Origin: Microcystaceae cyanobacterium | GTDB lineage: Bacteria > Cyanobacteriota > Cyanobacteriia > Cyanobacteriales > Microcystaceae | Reading direction: 5' to 3' | Assembly (NCBI GenBank): GCA_041746575.1 | Contig: JBGTGT010000056.1 | Span: forward strand, 1 to 52,232 | Length of the DNA stretch: 52,232 nucleotides | Part shown: piece after piece, positions 19,726-30,552 of the stretch | Layout: the number at the start of each line of letters is the position of its first letter | Position numbering within the stretch: position 1 is the first letter of the stretch | The notes under the pieces: generated by a model | What the model saw: the letters and a program-made list of their open reading frames with translations, nothing else | What the model was told of the DNA's origin: nothing | Databases searched by the model: none | Made by a program: the position numbers and the translations under genes

Positions 19726-21477
19726 ATGTTAAATCAAAAGATTAAATCTCATTTTCTAAAATTGATTTTATTTTTTGCTTCTTTTTTTTTAATTAGTCTT
19801 TTAACGATGAACTTATACTCTTTTCAATCCCATCCTCAATCTGTTCAATTGCTCACTGAGCCTTTTTTACAACTTCCTACTGAAAATTCGGTTAATGTTG
19901 TTTGGTTTACCGCATTTGAAGGTCGTCAGCATTTTGTAAAATGTGGGGATAATTTAGAGAAAATAACGATTGCAAACACGACCCTATTAACTTGGACAAG
20001 AGAAGATCAAGATTCAAAAATCAACCCTTCTCCTTCAATTTTAAGACGCCGCTTAATCTGGCGACACGAAGCAAAAATCATGCCTCTTATGCAAGGTATT
20101 AAAGTTCCCTACCGCGTCGTAAGTCAAAACGATACTCAAGACATTAAAAGTGATATTTACACCCTATCAGCTACCCCTCAAGCGACGACACCGCTTAAAA
20201 TTCTTTTAACCTCTGATCATCAATTAATGCCCATGGTGGCCGCTAATTTACAGAAAGTTTCAGAAACGATTGGTACAATTGATGGGGTATTCTATGCGGG
20301 TGATTTAGTCAATATTCCAGATCGCGCCTCTGAATGGTTTGATGATAATCGTGGGGGTTCATTTTTTCCTTGTTTTCAAGGAAAAGCGAGTTATGAATTA
20401 GAAAAAAAGGGTGTTAAAACTCGATACAAAGGAGGAAAAATTCTTCAAAATGCACCTTTATTTTCAGCAATTGGCAATCATGAAGTAATGGGCAAATTTT
20501 CCCATGAAAAACGCTTAAATCAACAATTTGAGCATGCTTATCCACGTTCAATGGCTCAGGAATTGTACCGAGAAAAAATACAAAATTCGCTAAATCTTAA
20601 AGAAGCCTTAGAAAATTATTCTTTTAATACTAATACCTATCAAGAAATCTTCAGCTTTCCCATGAGTGAATTAGGAGGAAAACGCTATTATGCAGTTACC
20701 TTTGGCGATGTTCATTTGGTTGTGCTTTATGTGACTCAGATTTGGCGAAAACCGGAACAAGACAATCAAATAAAAGGACGTTATCAAGAAGCACAGCAGG
20801 ATTTTAATCGTCCTGAGAATTGGGGGTATGGACAGCATATTTTTGAATCTATTGCTAGAGGTAGTCCTCAATATCAATGGTTAGAAACTGAATTAGAAAG
20901 CTCTGCCTATCAACAAGCAAAATATAAAATCATTATGTTACATCATCCACCTCACACCTTAGGCGGAAATATTGTCCCCCCTTTTACAGATCCCATTCAA
21001 AAGATTAGCAATGATCAAGAAGGAAAAATTCAAGCCATTACCTATAACTATCCTAAGGAGAAAGATTATATTATACGGGATTTAATTCCCCTATTAGAAT
21101 CTTCTCAGGTTAATTTAGTCTTTTTTGGTCATTCACATCTCTGGAATCGCTTTCAAAGTTCAAAGGGAATGCACTTTTTAGAAACCTCAAATGTCGGGAA
21201 TAGTTATGGCGCACACTTCAAAAATAATCCTCGCCTTGTTCCACCGAATAACCCTAATTATATCGCCATCGGCGATCCTAATGGACTCGAACCGATTATA
21301 CCTTCTATTGCGCCGCTAATGGATGAAAATAATCAACCGTTGCCCTATATTGCCAGTAATGATATTACAGTTTTTAGTATCTTAGATACGGCAACAGGAA
21401 GGGTTAGTAGTTATCGCTTTGACACTCGTTATCCTGATTCTGAGGTGATTAAATTTGACGAATTTAGTCTGACGTAA
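19726..21477 (+). CDS. Exported or membrane-anchored metallophosphoesterase (purple acid phosphatase-like)
   Basis: N-terminal hydrophobic helix; SDHQ, AGDLV, IGNHE, HHP, GHSH calcineurin-like motifs. Confidence 0.88.
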   Translation: MLNQKIKSHFLKLILFFASFFLISLLTMNLYSFQSHPQSVQLLTEPFLQLPTENSVNVVWFTAFEGRQHFVKCGDNLEKITIANTTLLTWTREDQDSKINPSPSILRRRLIWRHEAKIMPLMQGIKVPYRVVSQNDTQDIKSDIYTLSATPQATTPLKILLTSDHQLMPMVAANLQKVSETIGTIDGVFYAGDLVNIPDRASEWFDDNRGGSFFPCFQGKASYELEKKGVKTRYKGGKILQNAPLFSAIGNHEVMGKFSHEKRLNQQFEHAYPRSMAQELYREKIQNSLNLKEALENYSFNTNTYQEIFSFPMSELGGKRYYAVTFGDVHLVVLYVTQIWRKPEQDNQIKGRYQEAQQDFNRPENWGYGQHIFESIARGSPQYQWLETELESSAYQQAKYKIIMLHHPPHTLGGNIVPPFTDPIQKISNDQEGKIQAITYNYPKEKDYIIRDLIPLLESSQVNLVFFGHSHLWNRFQSSKGMHFLETSNVGNSYGAHFKNNPRLVPPNNPNYIAIGDPNGLEPIIPSIAPLMDENNQPLPYIASNDITVFSILDTATGRVSSYRFDTRYPDSEVIKFDEFSLT

Positions 21478-21555
21478 ATTGACTTTACAAAGCAGTAAAA
21501 TGGGCAAATTATTCTATTATTTAATATTGAGAACAATTGTAAACAAATAAAACGC

Positions 21556-22563
21556 CTATTTTAATTTTAGCTTAGTTAGGATTTTGTAAAAAATTCGCTT
21601 TAACCATAAGCGACGAATTCGCCATGGGGTTAATGCTGCAACAGCAGAGGGATATATTTTGTGAATATCAAAAAAATCAAAGAATTGGTTAATTTCTGTT
21701 AGGATTACGCTCAATTTTTGTAATAATTTTTCTTCTCGATAGTTTTCAAGTAAAGTGGAAGGATAGGGATAATTAGAATAATTGCTTAATGTATTCAAGA
21801 TTCGTTGAACATCGTATTCAATTGAATAACCGGCAATTTTTTGACAGTTAAAAGCAGGATCAAGATAATCCGCCAACGCATGATTTACACTAGAAAATAC
21901 TTGACACCCGCAAGCTAAGGCTTCTAACGGGGGTAAGCCAAAACCTTCTGTTAAGCCACTCACTGCCCAATATTCAGCAGAATCATAGAGGTAAACTTTA
22001 CTCGAATTAAACAAGGTCGCTAAATCTTCTACATACCCTTCTAATAATTGAACTTGACAACGAGAATTTAAGGCAGGTACGAGTTGATTCAGTAAATAGT
22101 CAGAAGATTTACGGGTTTGAACTAAGACATCAATCGGACGTTTTAAATTCAAAAGACGAAAATTTTCACTGATATGATTGGGTAGATAATAGATTAGAGA
22201 ATTAGACGCTTTTTCGCCCCAATATCCCATCGTATTACGACTGACGGTGATAATGGGAATTTGAGGGGGAAGACGAAAGGGGTAGCCACTACTATGGGCA
22301 TGGTAAATAATAGGATAAGATGATAATTTGCGGATTAAATAGGGAATGTCAAATCCCCAACTGATAACAAAGATAGCGTTTTTGCAATTTCCTCGACTGA
22401 GAAGTTGATCTAAAAAGGGATACTCTTTTTCAGACTGACGATAGGTGACAATTTCAGCCTCACAAATTTGTTGAGCTAATTCAACGGTTTTTAGTTCAGC
22501 CCATAAGCCACCGCCACCGAATTTCCGAGTTGTACCGGGTACCAAAAAGTATAATTTCCTCAT
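21556..22563 (-). CDS. GT-B glycosyltransferase (family 4-like)
   Basis: GGGLWAE N-terminus and EGFGLPPLEALACG (EX7E) motif. Confidence 0.85.
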   Translation of the reverse strand: MRKLYFLVPGTTRKFGGGGLWAELKTVELAQQICEAEIVTYRQSEKEYPFLDQLLSRGNCKNAIFVISWGFDIPYLIRKLSSYPIIYHAHSSGYPFRLPPQIPIITVSRNTMGYWGEKASNSLIYYLPNHISENFRLLNLKRPIDVLVQTRKSSDYLLNQLVPALNSRCQVQLLEGYVEDLATLFNSSKVYLYDSAEYWAVSGLTEGFGLPPLEALACGCQVFSSVNHALADYLDPAFNCQKIAGYSIEYDVQRILNTLSNYSNYPYPSTLLENYREEKLLQKLSVILTEINQFFDFFDIHKIYPSAVAALTPWRIRRLWLKRIFYKILTKLKLK

Positions 22564-22588
22564 CTTTTTTAATAGATAAAATATTAGG

Positions 22589-23941
22589 TTAAATTGAATT
22601 TATTTTGGTTTGCATCTCGCCATAGAGAAAATCAATAAACTGCCTCGCTGTTCTCCCTGAACGATTATTATACTGTTTCGTCCATTGTTTAGCGCGAAAT
22701 TCTAACTCTTCTTGTTTTAAATTAATTCCTTTTTCTTGGGCTAAATGATGTACAATTTTGAGGTAGGTTTCTTGATTAATGGGTTCAAAGGTTAAGGTTA
22801 ATCCAAAGCGATCGCTAAAAGATAATTTTTCTTGTAACGTATCCCAAGCATGAACTTCTTCTTGATCTTTAAGCATAGGGCGGTCACTAAAAAATTCTCG
22901 AATTAAATGCCGTCTATTCGAGGTAGCATACACAACCATATTTAGCGGTCTTGTGGTTAAACTTCCTTCTAAAATGGCTTTCAATCCTTTAAACGTATCA
23001 TCGTCTTCTTCAAAGGATAAATCGTCAACAAATAAAATAAATTTTTGAGGTAACTGTTGAACTGTTTCGACAATTTTTGGTAAATCGTCTAAGTCGGTTT
23101 TACTCACTTCAATCAGACGCAATCCTTGGGATTGATATTTGGGCAACAATCCTTTAACTAATGATGATTTTCCCGAACCCCGACTACCATATAAAAGAAC
23201 ATTAAGAGAAGGATATCCCGCTAATAAGAATTCTGTGTTTTGTTGAAGCCGTTGCTTTTGCGATTCACACCCATAAATTTCTTGCCAAGAAATTGCATCG
23301 AGTTGAGCAATTCCGCGTAATTGATTATCTTGCCACTGGAAGGCTTTATACTGAGCCATAAAACCAGTACCTTGATGACGACAATGGTTTGCCAAAGTTG
23401 CTAAATCATTTGTCCAATCAGGTGATTTATGAAGAAAACTGGAAAAATAATTGGGAAAATTCCACGGAATTGGAACTTCTGGCATTTGAGTAGCAATTTT
23501 TATCCAATTACTAATTTTTTCGGGTGAACACTGATAAATGTATTGTAAAATTTGTAAATCATGCTTAACGGCAATTAATAAAGCAGGAGATAATTTAGTA
23601 AAAGATTGAGTTTGTACTTGCTGAGTGAAGGGATTGTCATTCCATAAAATTTGCCGAATGAGATAATCTTGCCAGCTTTGCTGCGATTGGGCTAAAACGT
23701 GAAACCAACTGCCATAGGCTTTTAAACAATCAATCGAAGTAATCGGATGATTGGGGATGGTATAATCTCCTTGATATAAGGTTTGTAAGAGATCTAAAAA
23801 ACGCTGACCGATTTCATTGTCAAAAATCGATTGGTACAATAAAAGCGAGGCTACTTTTTGATAACATTGACGGCTTGATGTAATTTCTGCGGCTTGGATC
23901 ATTAATTTTGACAAAGTGCTTTTAATAAAGAAATCGGACAT
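22589..23941 (-). CDS. AAA+ ATPase, DUF815 family
   Basis: NVLLYGSRGSGKSSLVK, FVDDLSFEEDD, YATSNRRHL, EKLSFSDRFG, SGRTARQF. Confidence 0.9.
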   Translation of the reverse strand: MSDFFIKSTLSKLMIQAAEITSSRQCYQKVASLLLYQSIFDNEIGQRFLDLLQTLYQGDYTIPNHPITSIDCLKAYGSWFHVLAQSQQSWQDYLIRQILWNDNPFTQQVQTQSFTKLSPALLIAVKHDLQILQYIYQCSPEKISNWIKIATQMPEVPIPWNFPNYFSSFLHKSPDWTNDLATLANHCRHQGTGFMAQYKAFQWQDNQLRGIAQLDAISWQEIYGCESQKQRLQQNTEFLLAGYPSLNVLLYGSRGSGKSSLVKGLLPKYQSQGLRLIEVSKTDLDDLPKIVETVQQLPQKFILFVDDLSFEEDDDTFKGLKAILEGSLTTRPLNMVVYATSNRRHLIREFFSDRPMLKDQEEVHAWDTLQEKLSFSDRFGLTLTFEPINQETYLKIVHHLAQEKGINLKQEELEFRAKQWTKQYNNRSGRTARQFIDFLYGEMQTKINSI

Positions 23942-24024
23942 CTTGTAGTCAAATGATACCTCAGTATTTTAATTATTTTAAGCAATCAACTTTTAATTTT
24001 TATGAACCTCAGTTGGAGCGAAGG

Positions 24025-24114
24025 ATGAAACTTAAAATTATCAATCCCAACACCACAGCCAGCATAACCTGTAAAATTGAAAAAGACGCAAAAAAGGGAG
24101 CAGAAGTTTATTAA
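24025..24114 (+). pseudogene. N-terminal relic of an Asp/Glu/hydantoin (allantoin) racemase
   Basis: Hand translation gives MKLKIINPNTTASITCKIEKDAKKGAEVY*, with a GGAG RBS. IINPNTT..(M/I)T..I is the characteristic start of this family, but only 29 codons remain. Confidence 0.7.
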
Positions 24115-24216
24115 CGCTTCCCCAAACATCATCGTTAAAGATGTTGGCTTTCATGCTCTCGTGTTATTTTAGGTAACTAACCATTTGGCAACAAAGGATA
24201 ATCAGTCCCTCAAAAT

Positions 24217-25464
24217 ATGACAGCTGAAATTATTTGTATCGGAACGGAATTACTATTAGGGGATATTCTCAACAGTAACGCCCAATATCTAGCCCAAGAA
24301 TTAGCTAAATTAGGGATTCCCCATTACTATCAAACCACAGTAGGGGATAATATTGAGCGAATTCATCAAGTTCTTAGTGTGGCGACGCAACGTTCTTCTA
24401 TCCTACTCTTTACAGGCGGCTTAGGTCCAACTCCCGACGACTTAACCACCGAAGCAATTGCCTTCTTTTTCCAAACCCCTCTAGTCGAAATCCCCGAAAT
24501 CATTGCAGATATCGAGCATAAATTTAATCAATTAGGACGTAAAATGTCTCCTAGCAACCAAAAACAGGCATTATTACCTCGAGGAGCGTCTAGTCTACCG
24601 AATCCATTGGGAACTGCCCCCGGGTTTATTTGGCAACCTCATCCCCTCTTAACCCTTCTTACCTTCCCCGGTGTCCCCTCAGAAATGCGACGAATGTGGC
24701 AAGAAACCGCCGTTCCCTACTTAAAGAGCCAAGGATGGGGCAAAGAAATCATTTTTAGCCGTTGGATGCGATTTAGAGGCATTGGAGAGTCCGTTCTGGC
24801 TGAAAAAGTTGCGCCTTTACTCAGCTTAACTAATCCCACCGTTGCCCCCTATGCTAGTCTAGGGGAAGCGAAGTTAAGACTTTCTGCTAGAGCTCCCTCA
24901 GCCGACGAAGCGACCGCCCTCATAGAACCCGTTGCCCAAAAAATTCGAGAAATCATTGGATTAGACTATTATGGACAGGATCAAGATACGCTTGCCTCAG
25001 TAGTAGGCGAATTATTACAAAAGCATCAGCAAACCCTCAGCGTCGCCGAATCTTGTACAGGAGGGGGCTTAGGTGCTATGTTGACCTCCGTCTCTGGGAG
25101 TTCTACTTACTTTTTGGGAGGAGTCATTGCCTATGATAATCGTCTTAAAATTCGGCTGTTAGGCGTAAAATCCCAAGCTATAGATGAATATGGCGCAGTT
25201 AGTTCTATTGTAGCAGAACAAATGGCTTTTGGGGTTAGAAATCGTCTAGAAAGTGACTGGGGACTAGGGATTACGGGCATTGCCGGACCTTGCGGCGGAA
25301 CAGAAGAAAAACCCGTTGGATTGGTTTATATTGGCTTAGCTTCCCCCGATCAATCGTTAGTAAGTTTTGAATATCGCTTTGGCGATCGCCGAGAGCGAGA
25401 GACGATTCGGGTGTTAAGTTCCTATTCTGCTTTGGATCAACTGCGACGGAAATTGTTAAAATAA
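24217..25464 (+). CDS. cinA: Competence/damage-inducible protein A (MoCF-binding + PncC)
   Basis: AEIICIGTELLLG, TGGLGPTPDDLT, PGVPSEM, VAESCTGG, GITGIAGP. Confidence 0.95.
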   Translation: MTAEIICIGTELLLGDILNSNAQYLAQELAKLGIPHYYQTTVGDNIERIHQVLSVATQRSSILLFTGGLGPTPDDLTTEAIAFFFQTPLVEIPEIIADIEHKFNQLGRKMSPSNQKQALLPRGASSLPNPLGTAPGFIWQPHPLLTLLTFPGVPSEMRRMWQETAVPYLKSQGWGKEIIFSRWMRFRGIGESVLAEKVAPLLSLTNPTVAPYASLGEAKLRLSARAPSADEATALIEPVAQKIREIIGLDYYGQDQDTLASVVGELLQKHQQTLSVAESCTGGGLGAMLTSVSGSSTYFLGGVIAYDNRLKIRLLGVKSQAIDEYGAVSSIVAEQMAFGVRNRLESDWGLGITGIAGPCGGTEEKPVGLVYIGLASPDQSLVSFEYRFGDRRERETIRVLSSYSALDQLRRKLLK

Positions 25465-25672
25465 AATTAAGATAGGAATAATCGCTTAGATGGACGGACG
25501 CAAAAGTGTCCTCCTCCCAGAAAACTATGCTATGCTTAATATAAATAAATAATTTTATGTCTCAGTTTGTCCTCCTGAGCTTTTTAGAGGCTAGCCTTGT
25601 CCTCAGTAGCGTCAGAAACGGCAAACCGCCAAGACCGACCACCGTACTAAGATTAAGGAGTCATCTTCAGCA

Positions 25673-25810
25673 ATGAACTACGTTGGCAAAATCCTAGAAA
25701 AACTTAAAGAATGGGCGCAAAAGCTGATTGAAAATCTTTTAGGACCTGAAGCAGAATCCGAACCCGAATTAATTCCTATTCCTGTCCATGATCGCCGTCG
25801 ACGCCGCTAA
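25673..25810 (+). CDS. Small hypothetical protein (45 aa), below the ORF-track cutoff
   Basis: MNYVGKILEKLKEWAQKLIENLLGPEAESEPELIPIPVHDRRRRR*; AAGGAG upstream; amphipathic helix, E/P linker and Arg tail; ends 10 nt before aroQ. Confidence 0.8.
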   Translation: MNYVGKILEKLKEWAQKLIENLLGPEAESEPELIPIPVHDRRRRR

Positions 25811-25820
25811 AGGTTAACCT

Positions 25821-26288
25821 GTGTCTTCTGGAAATTCGTCGCTTCTAAGCGTGTTAGTGATTCACGGACCTAATTTGAATCTTTTGGGAAAACGAGAGCC
25901 TTCTGTATACGGGGTGATAACCCTAGCAGAGATCAATGCGTCGCTGGTTAAAACAGGGGATCCCCTTGGGGTAAGCGTCACTTGTTTTCAGTCAAACCAT
26001 GAAGGGATCTTAGTGGACGCGATTCAAGATGCACCTGAACATCATCAAGGAATCATTATCAATGCAGGAGCTTATACCCACACCAGTGTAGCTATCAGGG
26101 ATGCGTTAGCGGGGGTCAAATTACCCGCCGTTGAGGTACATTTGAGCAACATATATAGACGCGAAGACTTCCGTCATCATTCATACATCGCTCCCGTTGC
26201 TATTGGTCAAATTAGCGGTTTCGGTGCAGAGAGTTATCGCCTAGGTCTTTTAGCATTGGTCTCCCATCTTAAGACCGATGGGGGTTAA
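25821..26288 (+). CDS. aroQ: Type II 3-dehydroquinate dehydratase
   Basis: [49 protein letters not shown]. Confidence 0.97.
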   Translation: MSSGNSSLLSVLVIHGPNLNLLGKREPSVYGVITLAEINASLVKTGDPLGVSVTCFQSNHEGILVDAIQDAPEHHQGIIINAGAYTHTSVAIRDALAGVKLPAVEVHLSNIYRREDFRHHSYIAPVAIGQISGFGAESYRLGLLALVSHLKTDGG

Positions 26289-26319
26289 AAAGGATTTAGC
26301 CAAACAATTTGTTACACAG

Positions 26320-26583
26320 ATGCCCAACTCTATTATGTACCAAGGGGATATTTTTGTTGTCCTCGAAAGCGATCAACCTGAACAATTTTTAAGCCCAGAA
26401 GAATTGTTTCAAAAGTTAATTGATCTTCTCCAAAGCCAATCGGATTCTTTGCCTAAAGCATTAGAAAAATTTTCTTCAATTGAGGAGAAAGCAAGGCATT
26501 TGAGGGACAATTATTGTGAGTTAGATATCGGAGAAGGTAACTATTTACAATGGTATGTGACTCGCCTTGAAAAAGAGTCATAG
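26320..26583 (+). CDS. CRR7-like NDH-1 assembly factor
   Basis: MPNSIMYQ.D.FVVLE..QPEQFL..EEL...CELD.G....LQWYVTRLE. Start at the ATG at 26320. Confidence 0.85.
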   Translation: MPNSIMYQGDIFVVLESDQPEQFLSPEELFQKLIDLLQSQSDSLPKALEKFSSIEEKARHLRDNYCELDIGEGNYLQWYVTRLEKES

Positions 26584-26665
26584 CGTTTTTTTTGGAGATG
26601 AGAGACAAAGTTAAAATGCGATCGCTCAAATGCTTATAATTTGGGTACATTCCACTCAAGCGAAC

Positions 26666-27457
26666 TTATTTTAATTCCAGTACGACAGGAGCATGATCAC
26701 TGGGTTGTTCTTGTTTTCTGGGTTCAATATCAATGGTACAGCTTATGGCTTTTTGATATAAATTAGGGGTCAAATAGTGATGATCAATGCGCCATCCCCT
26801 ATTATTTTTGAATCCTTGGGTTCGATAATCCCACCAGCTAAAATAACCTGTTTCGGGTGTGAATTTACGAAAGACATCTTGCAACCCTAGACTTAAAATC
26901 GCTTGTAGTGCTTCCCGTTCAGCAGGAGACGACATAATATGTTTTTCTTTACCTTTAGGATTATAAATATCTCGATCTTCTAAAGCAATATTAAAGTCTC
27001 CGCAAATACATAATTCTTGAGGGTATTTGTCTAAAAGAGTTTCTAAATAGATTTTTAGCACTTTGAACCAACTCAGTTTATATTGATATTTCTCACTATC
27101 TAATGACGCCCCATTAGGCACATAAAGATTCACAATTCTAATATCATTAATAACCCCAGTAATTACCCTTTTTTGTTCATCAAAAGACTGGGCTATTTTT
27201 TGCCCTACAATCGGAGTAAATCCTTGGGTAACTTCCTCCATCGGTTGCTGACTAAATATCGCTACTCCATTATAGGCTTTTTGACCGTAGATATAAAGAT
27301 AAAAATCCAATTCTTCAAAAAGCAAATTAGGAAAATCTTTGTCTATAACTTTGGTTTCTTGTAAACATAAAACATCAATAGAATTGTTGATCAGCCATTG
27401 TTGTACTTGAGCTTGACGAGTCCGAATTGAATTAACATTCCAAGTTGCAATTTTCAT
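26666..27457 (-). CDS. xth: Exodeoxyribonuclease III
   Basis: MKIATWNVNSIR, LQETK, YNGVAI, YVPNG, GDFNIA, WWDYR, RIDH, SDHAPV. Confidence 0.97.
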   Translation of the reverse strand: MKIATWNVNSIRTRQAQVQQWLINNSIDVLCLQETKVIDKDFPNLLFEELDFYLYIYGQKAYNGVAIFSQQPMEEVTQGFTPIVGQKIAQSFDEQKRVITGVINDIRIVNLYVPNGASLDSEKYQYKLSWFKVLKIYLETLLDKYPQELCICGDFNIALEDRDIYNPKGKEKHIMSSPAEREALQAILSLGLQDVFRKFTPETGYFSWWDYRTQGFKNNRGWRIDHHYLTPNLYQKAISCTIDIEPRKQEQPSDHAPVVLELK

Positions 27458-27538
27458 AATTTTATTTTTTGAGCAGGTGAGAAAAAAGTCAATTTATCAT
27501 TTTTTACCCTTTCTTTTCTCACAATTTCTATGACCGAA

Positions 27539-28588
27539 TTATTGAGCAGACTGATAATATTCATGACTTAAAAAAGGAACACTAACCACTTTTCCTGTTG
27601 CCTTTCCCACTTGAACAGTTAACCCTTCCCCCCCCGCTTTAGTCCGAATATAACCTAATCCAAAATGCCCTGAGCAACTGGTTAAAATGCCCACTTTTAC
27701 TTCTCCAACTTTGATCACTGTATTGGCTAAAACAGGTTCACTTAATTGGAGTCCCCACAGCTTTTGTTTTACCCCTTGATAGGTATTCAATCGAGCAATC
27801 GTTTCTTGACCAATATAACATCCCTTATTAAATGAAATGGCATACCATAATCCTACTTCTAAGGGGTTGTAGTCTTCAGTTAATTCGTGATCAGGTGAAG
27901 GACGACCTTGATGAATGCGTAAAGACTCCCAAAGATACTCACCTGCCGGAATCGTGTCTAACTCCATCAATATTGTCCAAAGCTTAGGCGCATTTTCTGA
28001 AGAAACAATTAAAGTATATCCTGTTTTTTTTAATCCACTGCCAACGATCACGACAATGGGAATTTCTTGCCAAGAAATTAGCGCATGATTGCCCTCTAAT
28101 TGTTGAGTTAAACTTTCGGCTCCTAATTGTTTAATAATCTCAGAACTGGTTTGACCGATTAAGGTAAAAATCCGATAAGAATCGCTGATATCTTTTAAAG
28201 TAACTTTATCCATTGGAAAAAGATAGCGATCCATCCACTCCATTAAAAACGTGCGACGATTCGGCGAGACTAAAACCCAGAGCGATTCTTCTTTGACATA
28301 AGCCGTTGCTAAATCTAAAGTACGTCCTATTGAATTGACAAAAACCGTATCCATCCCTTGACCTTTTTTGAGACTCTGTAAATTGTTTGTGGTTTGGTTA
28401 TGTAAAAAATGAAGACGATCTTCCCCAGTTAACTCTATCAGCCCCCAATGACTGCGATCGCAAACAATAGAACGAGTTTCTAGTACACTTAATGCCTTTT
28501 GATCTTGACCAAAGCTTAAGGGATAAGACGAATGTTCATCAAAAATTGCACCTAGGGAGACTTGCAGATCTTTTAAGTTTTTTTTCAT
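27539..28588 (-). CDS. ygfZ: Folate-binding Fe-S repair protein YgfZ (GcvT-like)
   Basis: KGCYIGQE signature; GcvT-like N-terminus (G.DRLHFLHNQTTN). Confidence 0.92.
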   Translation of the reverse strand: MKKNLKDLQVSLGAIFDEHSSYPLSFGQDQKALSVLETRSIVCDRSHWGLIELTGEDRLHFLHNQTTNNLQSLKKGQGMDTVFVNSIGRTLDLATAYVKEESLWVLVSPNRRTFLMEWMDRYLFPMDKVTLKDISDSYRIFTLIGQTSSEIIKQLGAESLTQQLEGNHALISWQEIPIVVIVGSGLKKTGYTLIVSSENAPKLWTILMELDTIPAGEYLWESLRIHQGRPSPDHELTEDYNPLEVGLWYAISFNKGCYIGQETIARLNTYQGVKQKLWGLQLSEPVLANTVIKVGEVKVGILTSCSGHFGLGYIRTKAGGEGLTVQVGKATGKVVSVPFLSHEYYQSAQ

Positions 28589-28590
28589 GA

Positions 28591-29004
28591 TTATGTTTGA
28601 GAGGGTAAACTAGCAAAAAGAGCTTTAATTTGACGTTGGGTTTTGGTCTCCAGTTGTTGCCAATCTACGTTACCATTTTCATCAATTAAACGAGGATCAA
28701 TGTCAACGTCTTGAGAGGTTTGCGAATCATTTTTTGAATCGTGAATGAGGGCAGAAGGGGGATAGTCAAGAAAACAAATCTGAAAACATAATTGCCAGAT
28801 ATCAATCGTAGCAGACTGATTTTCCTGCGTCAAATGAAGATGGTAACCTAAATAAGGAATTTGGACTTCTTCATAGCTTCCTTGCCATGGAGAAATTTCT
28901 AGTTCTTTGCGCAAATTATCGATGACGCGAATAAAAGTCGGTTGCATTACCACTTGTGCTTGTTCCCAAGCAAGGACAGTCTTAAATGTAGGCTTCATTG
29001 ACAA
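28591..29004 (-). CDS. Conserved hypothetical protein
   Basis: WEQAQVVMQPTFIRVIDNLRK, DIWQLCFQICF, VDWQQLE; 2 nt upstream of ygfZ. Confidence 0.8.
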   Translation of the reverse strand: MSMKPTFKTVLAWEQAQVVMQPTFIRVIDNLRKELEISPWQGSYEEVQIPYLGYHLHLTQENQSATIDIWQLCFQICFLDYPPSALIHDSKNDSQTSQDVDIDPRLIDENGNVDWQQLETKTQRQIKALFASLPSQT

Positions 29005-29094
29005 ATAAGAGATACTTGTCTTATTTTATAAGAAAATAGGGTCACGTAGTAACCCCATTCAACTGAAGACTTTTTCAATCGTCGTTATATTTCA

Positions 29095-30357
29095 ATGACA
29101 ACTCTCCCTAATTATTATGAAACTCTTAACGTTCCTATTAATGCTTCCTTTGAGGAGATTAAAGTATCGTTTCGTCGGCTAGCTCGACAATTTCATCCCG
29201 ATCTTAACCCCGATAATCCTCAGGCGGCAGGTAAATTCCAAGAAATTCATAAAGCTTATGAGGTACTGAGCGATCCTCAACAACGGACTTGGTACGACCA
29301 AAAGATTGCCCCTTCTCAAACCACTTCTCCGCCTACTTCTTCATCGTCAAAAGCTCAAGAATTTTATGTAAAAGGAGTGCAAAAAGCCCTTATTGGACAG
29401 TATCAAGAAGCGATTAATTATTATACTAAAGCAATTGAATTAAGACCCCAATTTTTAGAAGCTTATCTTCAAAGATGCGAAGCTTATTTCTGTCAAAAAT
29501 CCTATGTTAAAGTCCTTGAAAATTGTCATTATATTCTTCAATTTGCTCCCCAATCTAGTTCAGCCTATTATTATCGAGGTAGAGTACGAAAACAGTTGGG
29601 CTATTTAGAATCTGCGATTGAGTCTTATACGAAAGCCATTTATTTTGACCCTAAAGATGCTCAAATTTTCTACCATCGAGGATTTGCTTATCAAGAGTTA
29701 AAACAAAAAAAATTTGCTATTAACGATTTTACTAAGGCGGCTGACCTTTACCAAAAACAAGGGAATATTTCTCGATATCGCTCCGCTCTTTATCAACTCA
29801 AAGTTTTGCAATCTCATCCCCTTAAATCTGGAGGAAATTTCTTCAAATTAAATCCCTACTTTAAATGGCTCAAATTAATGACTTTAACAGTTTTTCAAAT
29901 CTTATTAAACCCCAGTGGAGAAATGCTGGCTAAATTCAGTCAATTGAGCCTCTATCAACGGTTAGTTATTGGCTTATTTGATGGTTTACTAGCGGAATTG
30001 ATCATCACGATTGTTGTACCCTCATCTTCTTTTTGGGGATTAACTCTATTCATCGCTTTAACCTTATGGATGATGTTGAATGATTTTTGGCAATACCATC
30101 ATTTGAATGCCTCAACTTCCTTGTTTGTCGCTGGAAATTTAACTTTATGTCTTAGTTTTATGGCAATGGTTAAATATTCACCCGTCAGATTACCCAATTT
30201 ACTTGAAGTCGTTGGGCTAACCACATTAGGGTCTAGCTTTTTTTTAGTCCTTTATGCAAGTTTTAGTCAAATTTTAAATTTTCCTGAAGGAAAATCCTAC
30301 TATCTTACCACGTTTACCCTAATTCTTCTTGTTTTATTTTACCGTCTCGTTGTTTAA
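29095..30357 (+). CDS. DnaJ-domain + TPR protein with C-terminal membrane region
   Basis: J-domain with HPD (FHPDLN) and AYEVLSD; TPR repeats; several hydrophobic helices at the C-terminus. Confidence 0.88.
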   Translation: MTTLPNYYETLNVPINASFEEIKVSFRRLARQFHPDLNPDNPQAAGKFQEIHKAYEVLSDPQQRTWYDQKIAPSQTTSPPTSSSSKAQEFYVKGVQKALIGQYQEAINYYTKAIELRPQFLEAYLQRCEAYFCQKSYVKVLENCHYILQFAPQSSSAYYYRGRVRKQLGYLESAIESYTKAIYFDPKDAQIFYHRGFAYQELKQKKFAINDFTKAADLYQKQGNISRYRSALYQLKVLQSHPLKSGGNFFKLNPYFKWLKLMTLTVFQILLNPSGEMLAKFSQLSLYQRLVIGLFDGLLAELIITIVVPSSSFWGLTLFIALTLWMMLNDFWQYHHLNASTSLFVAGNLTLCLSFMAMVKYSPVRLPNLLEVVGLTTLGSSFFLVLYASFSQILNFPEGKSYYLTTFTLILLVLFYRLVV

Positions 30358-30552
30358 GTTTATCCCGAAAGAAAGCTTTCTGTCCTTTTTATTTATTAAC
30401 AAAAATGAAATAAAACCTCCTTGAAATTGTTAAAAAACTTAACGCTCTAAAAAACCGAAAATAAATCTAAAATTTTACCAAATCTGATATCAAATTATCC
30501 TATGATGGAACTATTCATGTATTAATTAATTCACCTAAAAATAAGCGACATC

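Noticed and set aside
25510..25518. CCTCCTCCC cuckoo-RNA motif
   Set aside because: Single copy that overlaps the 3' arm of a hairpin downstream of cinA; it is not in repeated loops.
25673..25810. Naming the 45-aa protein as AtpTheta/Norf1
   Set aside because: Size and N-terminal helix are similar, but it lacks the motif I associate with that family; left unnamed.
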